Positions 18,143 to 28,482 of a stretch of DNA of 64,000 nucleotides are shown piece by piece. Every line of letters begins with the position of its first letter. The first letter of the stretch is position 1. The notes under the pieces are model-generated. The model saw nothing but the letters and a program-made list of their open reading frames with translations. It was not told the origin of the DNA and ran no database searches. A program made the translations under genes and the position numbers. The stretch is from Pseudomonadota bacterium (lineage in GTDB: Bacteria > Pseudomonadota > Alphaproteobacteria > Caulobacterales > Caulobacteraceae): the NCBI GenBank assembly GCA_040385365.1, contig JAZKHL010000112.1:1543-65542 (forward strand), in the 5' to 3' direction.

Positions 18143-19576
18143 TCAGCCGGTCATGTCTTCCAGCTCGCGACCCCGGGTCTCCTTCACCCAGGCCTGAACG
18201 AGGAAGTAGGAGACCAGCGCACTGGCGGCGTAAAAGCCGTAGGTCGCGGGCAAGCCGAGACCCGCCGCCATCGCCGGGAAGCTGACCGAGATGGCGAAGT
18301 TGGCGATCCACTGGGCGAACCCGGCCACGGCCAGGGCCGATCCTCGCATCTGGTTGGGGAACATCTCGCCCAGCATGACCCACATGACGGGACCCCAGCT
18401 GAGATTGAAGAAGACGACATAGGCGTTGGCGGCGATCAGGGCGATCAGGCCGACCTGGCCCGGCAGGTGAACGGCTCCGTCGATGGTCTGGGCCTGGGAG
18501 AAGCACCAGGCGACGACCGCCAGGGTGACGAACATGCCCGCCGAGCCGATCAGCAGCAGTGGCTTTCTGCCGATCTTGTCGATCACGGCGACGGCCGCCA
18601 GACAGGCCAGGATCGACAGGGCGCCAGAGCCGATGTTGATCAGCAGGGCGTCGTTCTCGGAGAAGCCCACAGACTGCCAAAGGGTCGCGCCATAGTAGAA
18701 GACGATATTGATGCCGACCAGCTGCTGGAACACCGCCAGGATCAGACCGGCCCAGACGATCGGCCGGACCTTGCGGGTCATTGGGTCTAGCAGATCGCGG
18801 AAGCTCGGCTTGTGATCGGCGGCGAGGGAGGCGCGTATCTCGGCGACCTTACGCGCGCCAGCGGCCGGGCCGAACAGTTTCGACAGCACCGCCTGCGCTT
18901 CGGCGTCGCGGTTCTTGACGACCAGGAAGCGGGGGCTCTCGGGGATCAGCAGCAGGGCGGCGAGATAGATGGCGGCGGGCACGACCTGCAGCCAGAACAT
19001 CCAGCGCCAGGCTGGGAAGCCCAGCCAGAACTCCGCCGTCGATCCGCCCGCCGTCGCCGCCAATGCGTAATTAGCGACGAAGGCCCCGGTCAGGCCCGTG
19101 ATGATCATGATCTGCTGCACGCTGGACAGTCGTCCGCGCATGGAGGCTGGCGTGACCTCGGAGATATAGGCGGGGGTCAGGACGCTGGCGGCACCGACGC
19201 CCAAGCCGCCGATGAAGCGGGCGATGATGAAGTGGGCGGATGAGTCCGCCGCCCCGGCCCAGAAGGCGCTGACGATGAACAGGGCGGCGGCGATCAGCAT
19301 GACCGTCTTTCGCCCGATCAGGTCGGCGAGCCGCCCCGCCGCGAAGGCGCCGAACGCACAGCCCAGCAGGATGGCGCCGACGTTGAAGCCGGTACCGAGC
19401 GCCGACAGGTTGAACGCCTGCTCCAGCCCGTCCTGGGTGCCGTTGATCACGCCGGAATCATAGCCGAACATGAAGCCGCCGATGGTCGCCACCGCGACGA
19501 TCAGGGCGATGAAGGCCATATTGACCTGATCGCTCCCCGCGATGTCGGGTCCTGATCCGCCTGTCGGTCCTGCCAT
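18143..19576 (-). CDS. xylE: MFS sugar porter (XylE-like)
   Basis: 'GGFMFGYDSGVING', 'DLIGRK', 'PESPRFL', 'QQLVGINIVFYY', 'VKETRGRELE'. Confidence 0.85.
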   Translation of the reverse strand: MAGPTGGSGPDIAGSDQVNMAFIALIVAVATIGGFMFGYDSGVINGTQDGLEQAFNLSALGTGFNVGAILLGCAFGAFAAGRLADLIGRKTVMLIAAALFIVSAFWAGAADSSAHFIIARFIGGLGVGAASVLTPAYISEVTPASMRGRLSSVQQIMIITGLTGAFVANYALAATAGGSTAEFWLGFPAWRWMFWLQVVPAAIYLAALLLIPESPRFLVVKNRDAEAQAVLSKLFGPAAGARKVAEIRASLAADHKPSFRDLLDPMTRKVRPIVWAGLILAVFQQLVGINIVFYYGATLWQSVGFSENDALLINIGSGALSILACLAAVAVIDKIGRKPLLLIGSAGMFVTLAVVAWCFSQAQTIDGAVHLPGQVGLIALIAANAYVVFFNLSWGPVMWVMLGEMFPNQMRGSALAVAGFAQWIANFAISVSFPAMAAGLGLPATYGFYAASALVSYFLVQAWVKETRGRELEDMTG

Positions 19577-19624
19577 TCTCGTGTCCTCCTCGGTGGGCTC
19601 TGACGGCCCGATTGTTTTGGTTGG

Positions 19625-20383
19625 TCAGCGCCAGCCGGCGTCGACGAAATGCTCGTGTCCCGTGATGAAGCGGGCGTCGTCCGAGGCCAGGAACAGGGCC
19701 AGGGCCGCCACGTCCGATGGCTCGATCCGGCCCTTCAGGCATTGGGCGGCGACGATCTCGGCCTCGCCTTCGGGGGTGTACCATTTCATCTGGCGCGGGG
19801 TTTTGACATTGCCGGGGACGATGCAGCTGACGCGGACGCCGTCGACCCCCAGTTCTCGCGCCAGGGCCCGCGTCATGCCTTCGATGCCGGCCTTGGCGGT
19901 CTCGTAGATGGACAGGTCGGGCAGGCCCAGATGCCAGCTGATCGAGCCGAGGTTCAGGATCACGCCACGCCCCTTTTCGCGCATGCCTGGCGCCACCGCC
20001 TGGGCGGCGAAATAGAGGTGGCGCAGGTTCACGCCGATCCGATCGTCCCAGTAGGCGGGCGTGACCTCGGCCAGCGTATGGCGGTCGTCGTTGGCGGCAT
20101 TGTTGACCAGGACGTCTATGGCCCCGTGCTCGGCGATGATTCCGGCCAGTGTGGCCCTTAGCACCTCCAGATCGAGCAGGTTGCACGACCTGAAGTCCGG
20201 CGGTGTAGCGCAATCCGATAGACTGGCGACCAGCGCGTTGGAGGCGTCTTCGACCACATCGAGGAAGACGACCTTGGCTCCCTGTCGCCCGAAGCCCTCG
20301 GTCAAGGCGGCCCCGATGCCGCTGCCGCCGCCGGTGACGACGACGAGGCGGTCCCTGAGGGACGGATAGATCGCTCCGCTCAC
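19625..20383 (-). CDS. xylB: D-xylose 1-dehydrogenase (SDR; Caulobacter XylB, not xylulokinase)
   Basis: 'AIYPSL', 'TGGGSGIG', 'NNAANDDRH', 'YETAKAG', C-terminal 'VDAGWR'; GTG start overlaps xylX stop. Confidence 0.85.
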   Translation of the reverse strand: MSGAIYPSLRDRLVVVTGGGSGIGAALTEGFGRQGAKVVFLDVVEDASNALVASLSDCATPPDFRSCNLLDLEVLRATLAGIIAEHGAIDVLVNNAANDDRHTLAEVTPAYWDDRIGVNLRHLYFAAQAVAPGMREKGRGVILNLGSISWHLGLPDLSIYETAKAGIEGMTRALARELGVDGVRVSCIVPGNVKTPRQMKWYTPEGEAEIVAAQCLKGRIEPSDVAALALFLASDDARFITGHEHFVDAGWR

Positions 20384-21510
20384 AGCAGGCCCCGTCCGGC
20401 GAGATTGGCCATCAAGGCCGAAATCCCGAACGTCCACGGCGGGGCGTCCTCGCACGACGCCACACGGTTTCGCAGCACGCCCAGCTTAGGCGACGACACG
20501 CAGACCTCGTCGCCCGTCCTGTGGGTAAAGCCCTGACCGGCTGCGTCGCGGTCATCGATAGGAGCGAACATTGTGCCGAGGTACAGGGCGAACCCATCCG
20601 GGTACTGGTGCGATGACGAACAGGTCTGGGCCGCGAGATCGAGCGGATCGCGGCTGATCAAACGCATCGACGATTGCCCCGACATGACGAACTCGTCCTG
20701 GCCCGTGACGGTCAGTGAGATGATGGCGTCGCGCACGTCGTCGATGCCGAAGGTATCGTCGAACAGCCGGATCCACGGGCCGACCGAGGCGGAGGCGTTA
20801 TTGTCCTTCGCCTTGCCCAGCAGCAGCGCCGACCGGCCCTCGATGTCACGCAGATTGACGTCATTGCCCAACGCCGCGCCGACGACCTGACCCCTCGGAT
20901 CGCAGATCAGCACGACCTCGGGTTCCGGATTGTTCCAGGCGCTGTCGGATCGCACCCCAACCAGATCGCCCCAGCCGACGGAGGCCAGCACCGGGGCTTT
21001 GGTAAAGATTTCGGCGTCCGGGCCGATGGCGACTTCGAGATATTGCGACCAGAGGCCTTCTTCGATCAGCACGACCTTCAGCGCCTCGGCTTCGGCGGAA
21101 CCGGGCTTGACGGCGGACAGGTCGGCGCCGACCCGCTCGGCCAGCGCGGTACGAATGGTCTGGGCGGCGCCCGCATCGCCGCGCGCCCGTTCCTCGATCA
21201 CCCGCTCCACGGCGGACACGGCGAAGGTCACGCCCGACGCCTTCACGCACTGAAGATCCAGCGGCGAGAGCAGGCGGGGCAGGGTGGATGCGTCCCGCAG
21301 GTCCAGGCCTTCGAGCGCGCCGAGACTTGGCCCGCTCAACGCCCCGACATCATCTTGTGAGATCGCTTGAGCCGTGGTCGGCGCGGTCGCGGAAATGTCG
21401 AACACCTGGCCGCCGCGCACCAGCACGGGGGTGGGGCCTTCGGCCAGCAGCAGACGTCCGAGGAACGTCCCTTCGCGCCAGTCTTCGGGCATGTCGTCGA
21501 TTAACTGCAA
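20380..21510 (-). CDS. xylX: 2-keto-3-deoxy-xylonate dehydratase (FAH superfamily)
   Basis: 'LERVIEERARGDA'-type segment, 'WSQYLEVAIGPDAEIFTK', 'WNNPEPE', 'GRSALLL.KAKDNNAS', ends 'NLAGRGLL'; likely TTG start at 21510 behind GGAGG. Confidence 0.85.
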   Translation of the reverse strand: MQLIDDMPEDWREGTFLGRLLLAEGPTPVLVRGGQVFDISATAPTTAQAISQDDVGALSGPSLGALEGLDLRDASTLPRLLSPLDLQCVKASGVTFAVSAVERVIEERARGDAGAAQTIRTALAERVGADLSAVKPGSAEAEALKVVLIEEGLWSQYLEVAIGPDAEIFTKAPVLASVGWGDLVGVRSDSAWNNPEPEVVLICDPRGQVVGAALGNDVNLRDIEGRSALLLGKAKDNNASASVGPWIRLFDDTFGIDDVRDAIISLTVTGQDEFVMSGQSSMRLISRDPLDLAAQTCSSSHQYPDGFALYLGTMFAPIDDRDAAGQGFTHRTGDEVCVSSPKLGVLRNRVASCEDAPPWTFGISALMANLAGRGLL

Positions 21511-21538
21511 GCGCGCCTCCGTCCACATTCTGACGACG

Positions 21539-21552
21539 TGGTAGCGCTAACA
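21539..21552 (-). promoter_or_regulatory. XylR operator upstream of xylX
   Basis: Minus strand TGTTAGCGCTACCA, a LacI-type palindrome matching the Caulobacter xylose operator as recalled; lies between xylR and xylX. Confidence 0.85.
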
Positions 21553-21574
21553 TGATCAGGTCGAAGCCAAGGTG

Positions 21575-22579
21575 TCAATGCGGGGCGGGGCCGGTGCTTT
21601 CGCGAACGACCAAGCGATGTGGCCAGGCCTCGGCAGGCTGTCCGGCACGAGCCAGGCGGATCGCCGCCTCGTAGGCCATGTCGGCGGCGGGCTGGCGGAT
21701 CGTCGTCAAGGTCGGCCAGGAACTGGCGGCGATGTAGCTGTCATCGAAGCCTGCGACCGAGATATCCTTGGGCGCATCCAGCCCGGCGCCGTGGACGGCC
21801 GCCAGGGCTCCGGACGCCATGTCGTCGTTGCTGGCGAAGATCGCGGTGGGACGGGGCGTCTGCGTCAACAGCCGTCGCGCGGCTTCCAGGCCCGATCGAT
21901 AGGTGAAATCCCCGGCCGCGACCGAGAGGCTGGTCCCCGGCATCGAAGCCATAGCCTCCTCCGCACCCCGGCGACGTTCGGCGCTGGCGCTCTGATCGCT
22001 GCGGCCCTCGATGAGGCCGATACGGCGGTGCCCGAGTTGCAGCAGGTGTTCGACAATCTCGCGCGCCGCCGCCCGATCATCGACCCGCAGGCTGACCACA
22101 TCGTCTCTCTCGCTCGGCGCGGCGAGGACGACGGCGCGAACGCCCGCCTTGGCGATCGCCTCGAGGGTGGCCGCCGATTCTCCAAGGGGCGGCGGCACGA
22201 TCAGTCCCTGTGCGCCACCGGCCGCGAGGCGCGAGACCGCCAGCCGCTCGGCCGTCGGATCGCCCGCCTGCGACGGCTCGATCATCAACAGGAGCCCTGC
22301 CGCGCGCGCCCCGGACAGGGCGCCGGCCAGCACTTCGGCGAGATAGGCGTTGCTGGGGTTGGCGTAGAGCAAACCGATCCGACCGGCGCCCGCGCGCGCC
22401 AGGATCCGCGCGGCCGGATCGGGCGCATAGCCGATCTCGGCGATGATGGCTTGAATCTTGGTTCGGGTCTCAGGCCGCACGCGCGCGCTGTCGTTGATCA
22501 CGCGGGAGACCGTCATGGGCGAAACACCCGCCAGCCGGGCGACGTCGCCGATGTTCGGCTTGCGATCGTCGTCGTTCAT
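21575..22579 (-). CDS. xylR: LacI-family xylose repressor
   Basis: HTH 'NIGDVARLAGVSPMTVSRVIN', 'AIFASNDDMA', 'PTLTTIRQP'; adjacent operator and xyl genes. Confidence 0.8.
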   Translation of the reverse strand: MNDDDRKPNIGDVARLAGVSPMTVSRVINDSARVRPETRTKIQAIIAEIGYAPDPAARILARAGAGRIGLLYANPSNAYLAEVLAGALSGARAAGLLLMIEPSQAGDPTAERLAVSRLAAGGAQGLIVPPPLGESAATLEAIAKAGVRAVVLAAPSERDDVVSLRVDDRAAAREIVEHLLQLGHRRIGLIEGRSDQSASAERRRGAEEAMASMPGTSLSVAAGDFTYRSGLEAARRLLTQTPRPTAIFASNDDMASGALAAVHGAGLDAPKDISVAGFDDSYIAASSWPTLTTIRQPAADMAYEAAIRLARAGQPAEAWPHRLVVRESTGPAPH

Positions 22580-22652
22580 CTCGTCCCCCCGCCACGAACC
22601 GCCACGCCGCGCGAAGTCGCGGGATTTGGGCACGCGCGTCAAGGTCGATGGA

Positions 22653-25600
22653 TCAGTGCGTCTGGATCTGCGGGGCCAGTCGGACGGCCCAGGGACCGCC
22701 AGCAAGCGCCGCAGGCGGTGACAACCGCGTCTCTCCTTCAGGCAGAATGGTGACGATGTCCGCCGCGCCGGCCTCGCTGATCCAGTGCGCCGACACTGGG
22801 CCGGGGAACGGCCGTCCGATGGTCAACGGCGCGCCATCCATGCTGAACACCAGTGCGTCCCCGTCTGGCCCGGACGTCGCCCAGCCGCTGGCAGTCGAGG
22901 GCAGAAGCACTGGGTCAGGCCGGAGCGACGCACGCTCAGCCACGCTCAACGCCGTCTCGACCCGACGGCTGAAGGCTGGAAATGGATCCTCGACGCCGGT
23001 GATCGCTAGCCCCGGCGCGCGATCGCGATAGTCTCGATAGGCTCGGTACCGCATCGCCGGCGTCGATTGCCACAGGGTCCGGCGAACCGCGCCGGGGTCG
23101 GCCGCACCGGCCAGATCGGCCTCGGTGGCGATGCCATCCACCTGCTGGCGCGGCGCCTTGTTGATCCCGCCCTCGACGGCGAACAGCACGCCGTCCGGCC
23201 GGTAGACCCAGTGATGAAATCCGATCGCGTCCAGCGTCTTGGATCGCACCGGGTCGTCGAGGATCGCGTCCATCTCCGCCTTGGGAATCTCCAGCGCGAC
23301 CCAGACGGACGCGCCCGTCTCGCGCTCCCACTCGGCGATCGTATCGATCCAGAACTGCACGAACGACAGCGGCCCCGTGTATTCCGGATCCAGTCCGTAG
23401 ATGACGTTGGTTCGACCCTTCAGCGCCTCCAGCGTGTGGCGGATGTAGAGCCGGTGGAGGTCGCGACGAACGGGGTCGGATACGTCCCAGAAGGTCTCGG
23501 AGGCAGGGACCTCGTCGGGCAGACCCGTCGCCTGCAGCGCGTTGACCGGCCGCCATGGGAAATCGACGTAGTGGGCGCGGCTCTCCAGCAGCCAGTGCTG
23601 GAGGTAGAGCTTGTGATACAGGACCACGCCCTTCCGCTCCGCCTGATCGGCGAAGGTCGACAGGCGATCGAAGAACCACGGATTGAACCGCGTCAGGTCG
23701 TATTGGCTCAGGCCGTCCCAGGCGCGTCCCTGGCCGCTGCGGGCCCATGGCAGTTCCATGAACGGTCCCCAGACCTCGCCATCGCCCTGGCTGGGTGAGC
23801 CATAGAAGTCGTGATCCACCCGCCGCCGGTCGTACCAGAGGCCATAGTTGTGAACGACGTAGTCGCCGGTCTTCAGACTGTCGGCCAGCTGTTCAAGATC
23901 GTCTGTCAGACCGACACCCTCCAGTCCGGGCGCGAAGCGGGTCAGGGCGGGGCCGAACGCGGGCGCCAGGGCCGGGACCATCTGGGCTTGGAAGAATGAG
24001 AAGCCCAAGCGACGACGCAGGGCGGGTTCACCGTCGATGACGAACCGGCCATCGACCAGTGTCAGCGGGTGACGCTCCGGCGGCGCGCGCGTCTCGGCCA
24101 CGTAGGCAGCGACCTGCATGTCCGACAGCAGAGGCGTCGAGGCCGGAACGTCGGGCACGGGCGAAGGCTCGAGCGCGGCCAAGGCCGACGATCCAAGCCG
24201 GGCTTCCAGTTGTGCGCGATAAAGGCTGGCGGGCGTCTGCGGCTGGGCGCGGAAGAAGTCTCGGCCGGGCGCGATGCGAGGATCCTCCAGCGCCCCGTCC
24301 CCGGTCAGCACTCCCCGACATCCGATCGCGGCGTTGGATGCGCCGGGCGGGTTTCGAACCTCGACGGCGCTCGCCTCGCAGTTCCACAGCACCGAGTTGG
24401 CCGCCGACCAGCCGGCGCCCTGACCGTCGCGTCCCCGGTGGGTCATGTTGATCGCCCCGCCCCTCACCCTGACGCGATCGAACAGCGCGCCCGTCGCCCA
24501 GCTTTCCAGCGTGCCGCTGTCGCCGTGCGCCTCTTCCGACAGGCAGTCGAGGAAGACGTTGGGACCGGCCGCCGCATGGCCCAGGCCGAAATCGTGGATG
24601 CCCTCGCGGCTGGTGCAGCGAACGAAAAGCGATTGCTGGCCTGCCGAGTAGAAGACCCTGCGCCTCAGACCGCCGATCTCGGACACGGGCTCTGATGCCG
24701 ACACGTCCTGCACGGTAATCCGACGGCTGGTCGCCCCCAGATCGACGACCGAGCTGACGAAGCCCACGGCGGTGACGTCGCGGACCCAGCCGTCCTCGAC
24801 CGCGTCGATGGCGATGCCGAACCAGCTGTGATCCTCGTCCTTCGGCCGCTCGGGCGCGGAGGGGGAGATCAGGCGCAGATGCTCCACGCCCGCCTCACGC
24901 AGGCGAACCGCCGAAGGGCCGACGCTCAGGACCGCGCCGTCCGAAGGCTCGAGCGCCATGGTCAGAGGCGCGTCCAGGGTGACGGCGTCGCCGTCGATGG
25001 CGACGATGCGTCGATCCCAGACGATGTCGCGCGATCCCGGCGCCCAGTTCAGTCGCGTCTCCGGCCGCCAGCCGACGAAGGCATCCATGCCGAGACTGGC
25101 GATCCAGGCCGCCGTGCTGGGGCGGCGCACGACGACGCTGTCGCCGATCGACAGACCGTCCGTACTGATCGACGGAAGGACCGATCCGCCGACCCGGACC
25201 GCGCTGGAAATCTGTCGCAGGTCTGCCGCTTCAGGGGCCTGACGGGTCGGCGTGTCGATGCGGATCAGCGCGCGTCGGACGTGACCGGTGGCGATCAAGC
25301 GCGTCCCGTCGACATCGCTCCCGGCGCCCCTGAGGACCACGCCGCCGGCCGAGAGACGGATCTGCCCGTCGATCTCGAACGCGCCGGCGTCGAGCTGAAC
25401 CACGCCCCGGCGTCCCTGCGAGTCCTCTGGCAACCGCTCGACCAGACGCACCGCTGCCATGACTCGATCCGTGTCGTCTCCGGGGCCGGGCGTCACGAGG
25501 ATCGATGCCGGCGCATGCGGCAAGGGCACGCCCCCGCCGCGATAGCCCGCGTGGGAAAAGTCGATCGGCGGCGCCCGCCATCCGAACAGCGGGTCGGGCG

Positions 25601-25664
25601 TCTGCGCCATTGACGCAGTCGACAGCCAGCAGGCCGTCACAACGATCCATCCCCACCGCTTCAA
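22653..25664 (-). CDS. Large secreted polysaccharide lyase-like protein (N-terminal beta-helix plus DUF6298-like C-terminal region)
   Basis: Signal peptide; 'DFSHAGYRGG', 'GVVLRGAG', 'DEDHSW', 'GQGAGWSAANSVLWNC', 'HNYGLWYDRRR.DH', 'YDLTRFNPWFF'. Confidence 0.6.
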   Translation of the reverse strand: MKRWGWIVVTACWLSTASMAQTPDPLFGWRAPPIDFSHAGYRGGGVPLPHAPASILVTPGPGDDTDRVMAAVRLVERLPEDSQGRRGVVQLDAGAFEIDGQIRLSAGGVVLRGAGSDVDGTRLIATGHVRRALIRIDTPTRQAPEAADLRQISSAVRVGGSVLPSISTDGLSIGDSVVVRRPSTAAWIASLGMDAFVGWRPETRLNWAPGSRDIVWDRRIVAIDGDAVTLDAPLTMALEPSDGAVLSVGPSAVRLREAGVEHLRLISPSAPERPKDEDHSWFGIAIDAVEDGWVRDVTAVGFVSSVVDLGATSRRITVQDVSASEPVSEIGGLRRRVFYSAGQQSLFVRCTSREGIHDFGLGHAAAGPNVFLDCLSEEAHGDSGTLESWATGALFDRVRVRGGAINMTHRGRDGQGAGWSAANSVLWNCEASAVEVRNPPGASNAAIGCRGVLTGDGALEDPRIAPGRDFFRAQPQTPASLYRAQLEARLGSSALAALEPSPVPDVPASTPLLSDMQVAAYVAETRAPPERHPLTLVDGRFVIDGEPALRRRLGFSFFQAQMVPALAPAFGPALTRFAPGLEGVGLTDDLEQLADSLKTGDYVVHNYGLWYDRRRVDHDFYGSPSQGDGEVWGPFMELPWARSGQGRAWDGLSQYDLTRFNPWFFDRLSTFADQAERKGVVLYHKLYLQHWLLESRAHYVDFPWRPVNALQATGLPDEVPASETFWDVSDPVRRDLHRLYIRHTLEALKGRTNVIYGLDPEYTGPLSFVQFWIDTIAEWERETGASVWVALEIPKAEMDAILDDPVRSKTLDAIGFHHWVYRPDGVLFAVEGGINKAPRQQVDGIATEADLAGAADPGAVRRTLWQSTPAMRYRAYRDYRDRAPGLAITGVEDPFPAFSRRVETALSVAERASLRPDPVLLPSTASGWATSGPDGDALVFSMDGAPLTIGRPFPGPVSAHWISEAGAADIVTILPEGETRLSPPAALAGGPWAVRLAPQIQTH

Positions 25665-25778
25665 GGCGACCTCCCTAGATTTCGTCTCAAAAGTATTATT
25701 ATATCATCGCTGAGCGACGGGCCATGCCCGACCGCGAACCGGCGCAGATCGGAACATCCAGGGCGGAGGATATCTCGA

Positions 25779-27371
25779 ATGCTGACGCGGCGGACTTGGC
25801 TTATCGGCGCTTCCGCGTCGCCGCTCGCGAGCGCGGTTGGGGCCTGGGCGCCCGCCGTAGAGGATGTCCAGCAGGTCGCCGACACTATGCGTCGGGCCAC
25901 ACGCTTCATGACCGAACGGGTCTCCACGCGGGGCGGCTACGTCTGGTCGTATCTGGCCGATCTGTCGCGCCGGTGGGGCGAGATGGAGGCCTGGCCCAGC
26001 ATGATCTCGACCCAGGCGCCCGGCACGCCCGAGATGGGTCAGATCTTCCTAGACGCCTATTATGCCACCGGCGAGACGCTCTATTACGACGCCGCCGTAG
26101 AGGCCGGCGACGCCCTGATCGCGGGTCAGCACCCGAGTGGAGGCTGGAACTACATCATCGATTTCGAAGGCGAGGAATCCCTGCGTCGCTGGTACGAAAC
26201 CATCGGGCGCAATGGCTGGCGGCTGGAGGAATTCCAGCACTACTACGGCAACGCCACCTTCGACGATCACGCGACGGTGGAGTGCGGGCGTTTCCTGCTG
26301 CGGCTGCATCTTGAGAAGGGCGAGCCCCGGTTCCGCTCCGCCGTGGACAAGGCCATCGGCTTCGTCCTCGACAGCCAGTATCCGATCGGCGGCTGGCCCC
26401 AGCGTTGGCCGCGCATGGGGACGTTCGAGAACCACGGCCGTCCCGACTACACCGGCTACATCACGCTGAACGACGAGGTCGCCGAGGAGAACATCGACTT
26501 CCTTCTGCTGGTCCTCCAGCAACTGGGCGACGAGCGTGTGCGCGAGCCTATCATGCGGGCGATGGCCTGCTATATCGCGCTTCAGCAGCCTCAGCCGTCT
26601 CCCGGTTTTGCGCTCCAATACACCCTCGACTTGAAGCCCGCCGGCGCCCGCACCTACGAGCCATCGGCCCTGTCTCCGCACACGACGGCGGCGGCCCTAT
26701 CCAAGATGATGGACTTCTACGAAATGACCGGAGACCGCGCCTTCCTGGAGCGGATCGGGGAGGGGCTGGACTGGCTTCGGGCGGTCGAGGCGCCGGTCGA
26801 GGCCCACGTCGGCGGGCTCAACTATTTCCGCTACGTCGAGCTGGGCACGAACCGTTTCATCGCCGTCCACCGACGGGGCTCCAATGCCCAGAACGGCGAG
26901 TTCTACAGCGACTACGACATGACGGGTGCCAAAGCCGAAAAGCGCATCGACGTCGCTCGTCTGCAGAGCCGGCTCGAGCAACTTTCCCGCCTCTCGCCGG
27001 ATGTGGCGACAGTGCGATCGACGCTTTTCGGCAGAGGTCCCTCGCTGATGCCAGAATACTGGGTGACCCGCGCCGTCGGCGGATCCGACCTGAACGTCAC
27101 CGGCGCGCAGGCGCGTGCGCAGGACGCTGCGGAACTGGTCACGTCTCTCAACGAGGAGGGCTACTGGCCTCAGGAACTGCGAACCACCAGCCATCCCTAT
27201 CGCGGTCCCGGGCCAGCGCAGCCCCCCGCCGACTTCGTCGATCCGGGCCAGGTCGGGGATGCGTGGGACACCTCGCCCTTCACGCTCCCCTCGGGCCCGA
27301 TGGGCATCTCGACCGGCGCCTACATCAACAACATGAGCCGCCTGATCGCCTATCTGCGGGACGCGGCATGA
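25779..27371 (+). CDS. Pectate lyase, PL10-like, probable Tat substrate
   Basis: 'LTRRTWL' twin-arginine signal; 'GQHPSGGWNY', 'NATFDD', 'SQYPIGGWPQRWP', 'ITLNDEV', 'ARTYEP'. Confidence 0.8.
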   Translation: MLTRRTWLIGASASPLASAVGAWAPAVEDVQQVADTMRRATRFMTERVSTRGGYVWSYLADLSRRWGEMEAWPSMISTQAPGTPEMGQIFLDAYYATGETLYYDAAVEAGDALIAGQHPSGGWNYIIDFEGEESLRRWYETIGRNGWRLEEFQHYYGNATFDDHATVECGRFLLRLHLEKGEPRFRSAVDKAIGFVLDSQYPIGGWPQRWPRMGTFENHGRPDYTGYITLNDEVAEENIDFLLLVLQQLGDERVREPIMRAMACYIALQQPQPSPGFALQYTLDLKPAGARTYEPSALSPHTTAAALSKMMDFYEMTGDRAFLERIGEGLDWLRAVEAPVEAHVGGLNYFRYVELGTNRFIAVHRRGSNAQNGEFYSDYDMTGAKAEKRIDVARLQSRLEQLSRLSPDVATVRSTLFGRGPSLMPEYWVTRAVGGSDLNVTGAQARAQDAAELVTSLNEEGYWPQELRTTSHPYRGPGPAQPPADFVDPGQVGDAWDTSPFTLPSGPMGISTGAYINNMSRLIAYLRDAA

Positions 27372-28453
27372 GATGCTGCTTGCTCCTCGGAGCCATTGCT
27401 TCGTCGACAATCGGGCTTCTGGCGGCGAGCGCCTCGGCGCAGTCGGTCATCCCTTCACGATCCCCCGAGGGTCTGGCCTATCGCGCCCAGCCGCTGACGA
27501 CGGAGATCTTCCTCGCCGACCCTTCCGCCCACGTCTTCGAGGGGCGCATCTACGTCTACGGATCGCATGACATCGAAGGCCCGCCCGCCGACGACCAGCC
27601 GGGCAAGGGTTATGTGATGAACGACTATCGGGTGTTGTCGATGGATCGTATCGGAGGTCCGACGACCGTCCATCCCGTCGCTCTCGCCCTGGCCGACGTG
27701 CCTTGGGCGGATCGTCAGCTCTGGGCGCCGGGCGCCGCCTATCGCAACGGCCGCTACTACCTCTACTTCCCCGCAAAGGACGTTGATGGCGTGTTCCGCA
27801 TCGGCGTGGCCACCGGCGACCGGCCCGAGGGCCCATTCACGCCGGAGCCTGCGCCAATCCCGGGCGCCTACAGCATCGACCCGAGCGTCTTCGTCGATGA
27901 CGATGGCGAAGCCTATATGCTGTTCGGCGGGATCCACGGCGGCCAGCTCCAGCGCTGGGCCACCGGCGCCTACGATGCATCCGCCGGCGACACGGACCGC
28001 AACCAACCGGAGGCACGGGCGCTGGCGCCCCGGATCGCTCGGATGGCGCCTGACATGCTGGGATTTGCAGAGGCGCCGCGCGACCTGATTATCGTCGATG
28101 AGGCGGGCGCTCCGATCCAGGGCGGCGACCACGACCGTCGTTTCTTCGAGGCCGCCTGGATGCACAGGCATGATGGTCTCTACTATTTCAGCTATTCGAC
28201 CGGCGACACGCATTCGATCGCCTACGCCACCTCGGCGTCTCCCTACGGACCGTTCACCTATCGTGGTCGGGTCCTTCTGCCGGTTCAGGGCTGGACCACG
28301 CACCACTCGATCGCCGAGGTCGAGGGGCGGTGGCGGCTGTTCTATCACGACACCCAGATGTCAGATCGCAACAATCTGCGTAGCGCCAAGGTCGTGGATC
28401 TCGTCCACGGTCCGGACGGCGCGATCCAGACCATCGACCCCTTCATCCGCTAA
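27368..28453 (+). CDS. GH43 beta-xylosidase/arabinofuranosidase (single catalytic domain)
   Basis: 'ADPSAHVFEGRIYVY', 'QLWAP', 'SIDPSVFVDDDG', 'RRFFEAAW', 'GWTTHHSI'; ATG 27368 overlaps upstream stop. Confidence 0.85.
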   Translation: MRCCLLLGAIASSTIGLLAASASAQSVIPSRSPEGLAYRAQPLTTEIFLADPSAHVFEGRIYVYGSHDIEGPPADDQPGKGYVMNDYRVLSMDRIGGPTTVHPVALALADVPWADRQLWAPGAAYRNGRYYLYFPAKDVDGVFRIGVATGDRPEGPFTPEPAPIPGAYSIDPSVFVDDDGEAYMLFGGIHGGQLQRWATGAYDASAGDTDRNQPEARALAPRIARMAPDMLGFAEAPRDLIIVDEAGAPIQGGDHDRRFFEAAWMHRHDGLYYFSYSTGDTHSIAYATSASPYGPFTYRGRVLLPVQGWTTHHSIAEVEGRWRLFYHDTQMSDRNNLRSAKVVDLVHGPDGAIQTIDPFIR

Positions 28454-28482
28454 TGTTCAGTCGTCATCAGTCGAGGCCCCAC

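Noticed and set aside
26405-27367. Long upstream extensions on ORF-track calls for GH43, ROK kinase, esterase, aldose epimerase and xylA
   Set aside because: Extensions overlap the preceding gene in another frame; overlapping stop/start codons or RBS-backed starts give the true beginnings, so no frameshift fusion is needed
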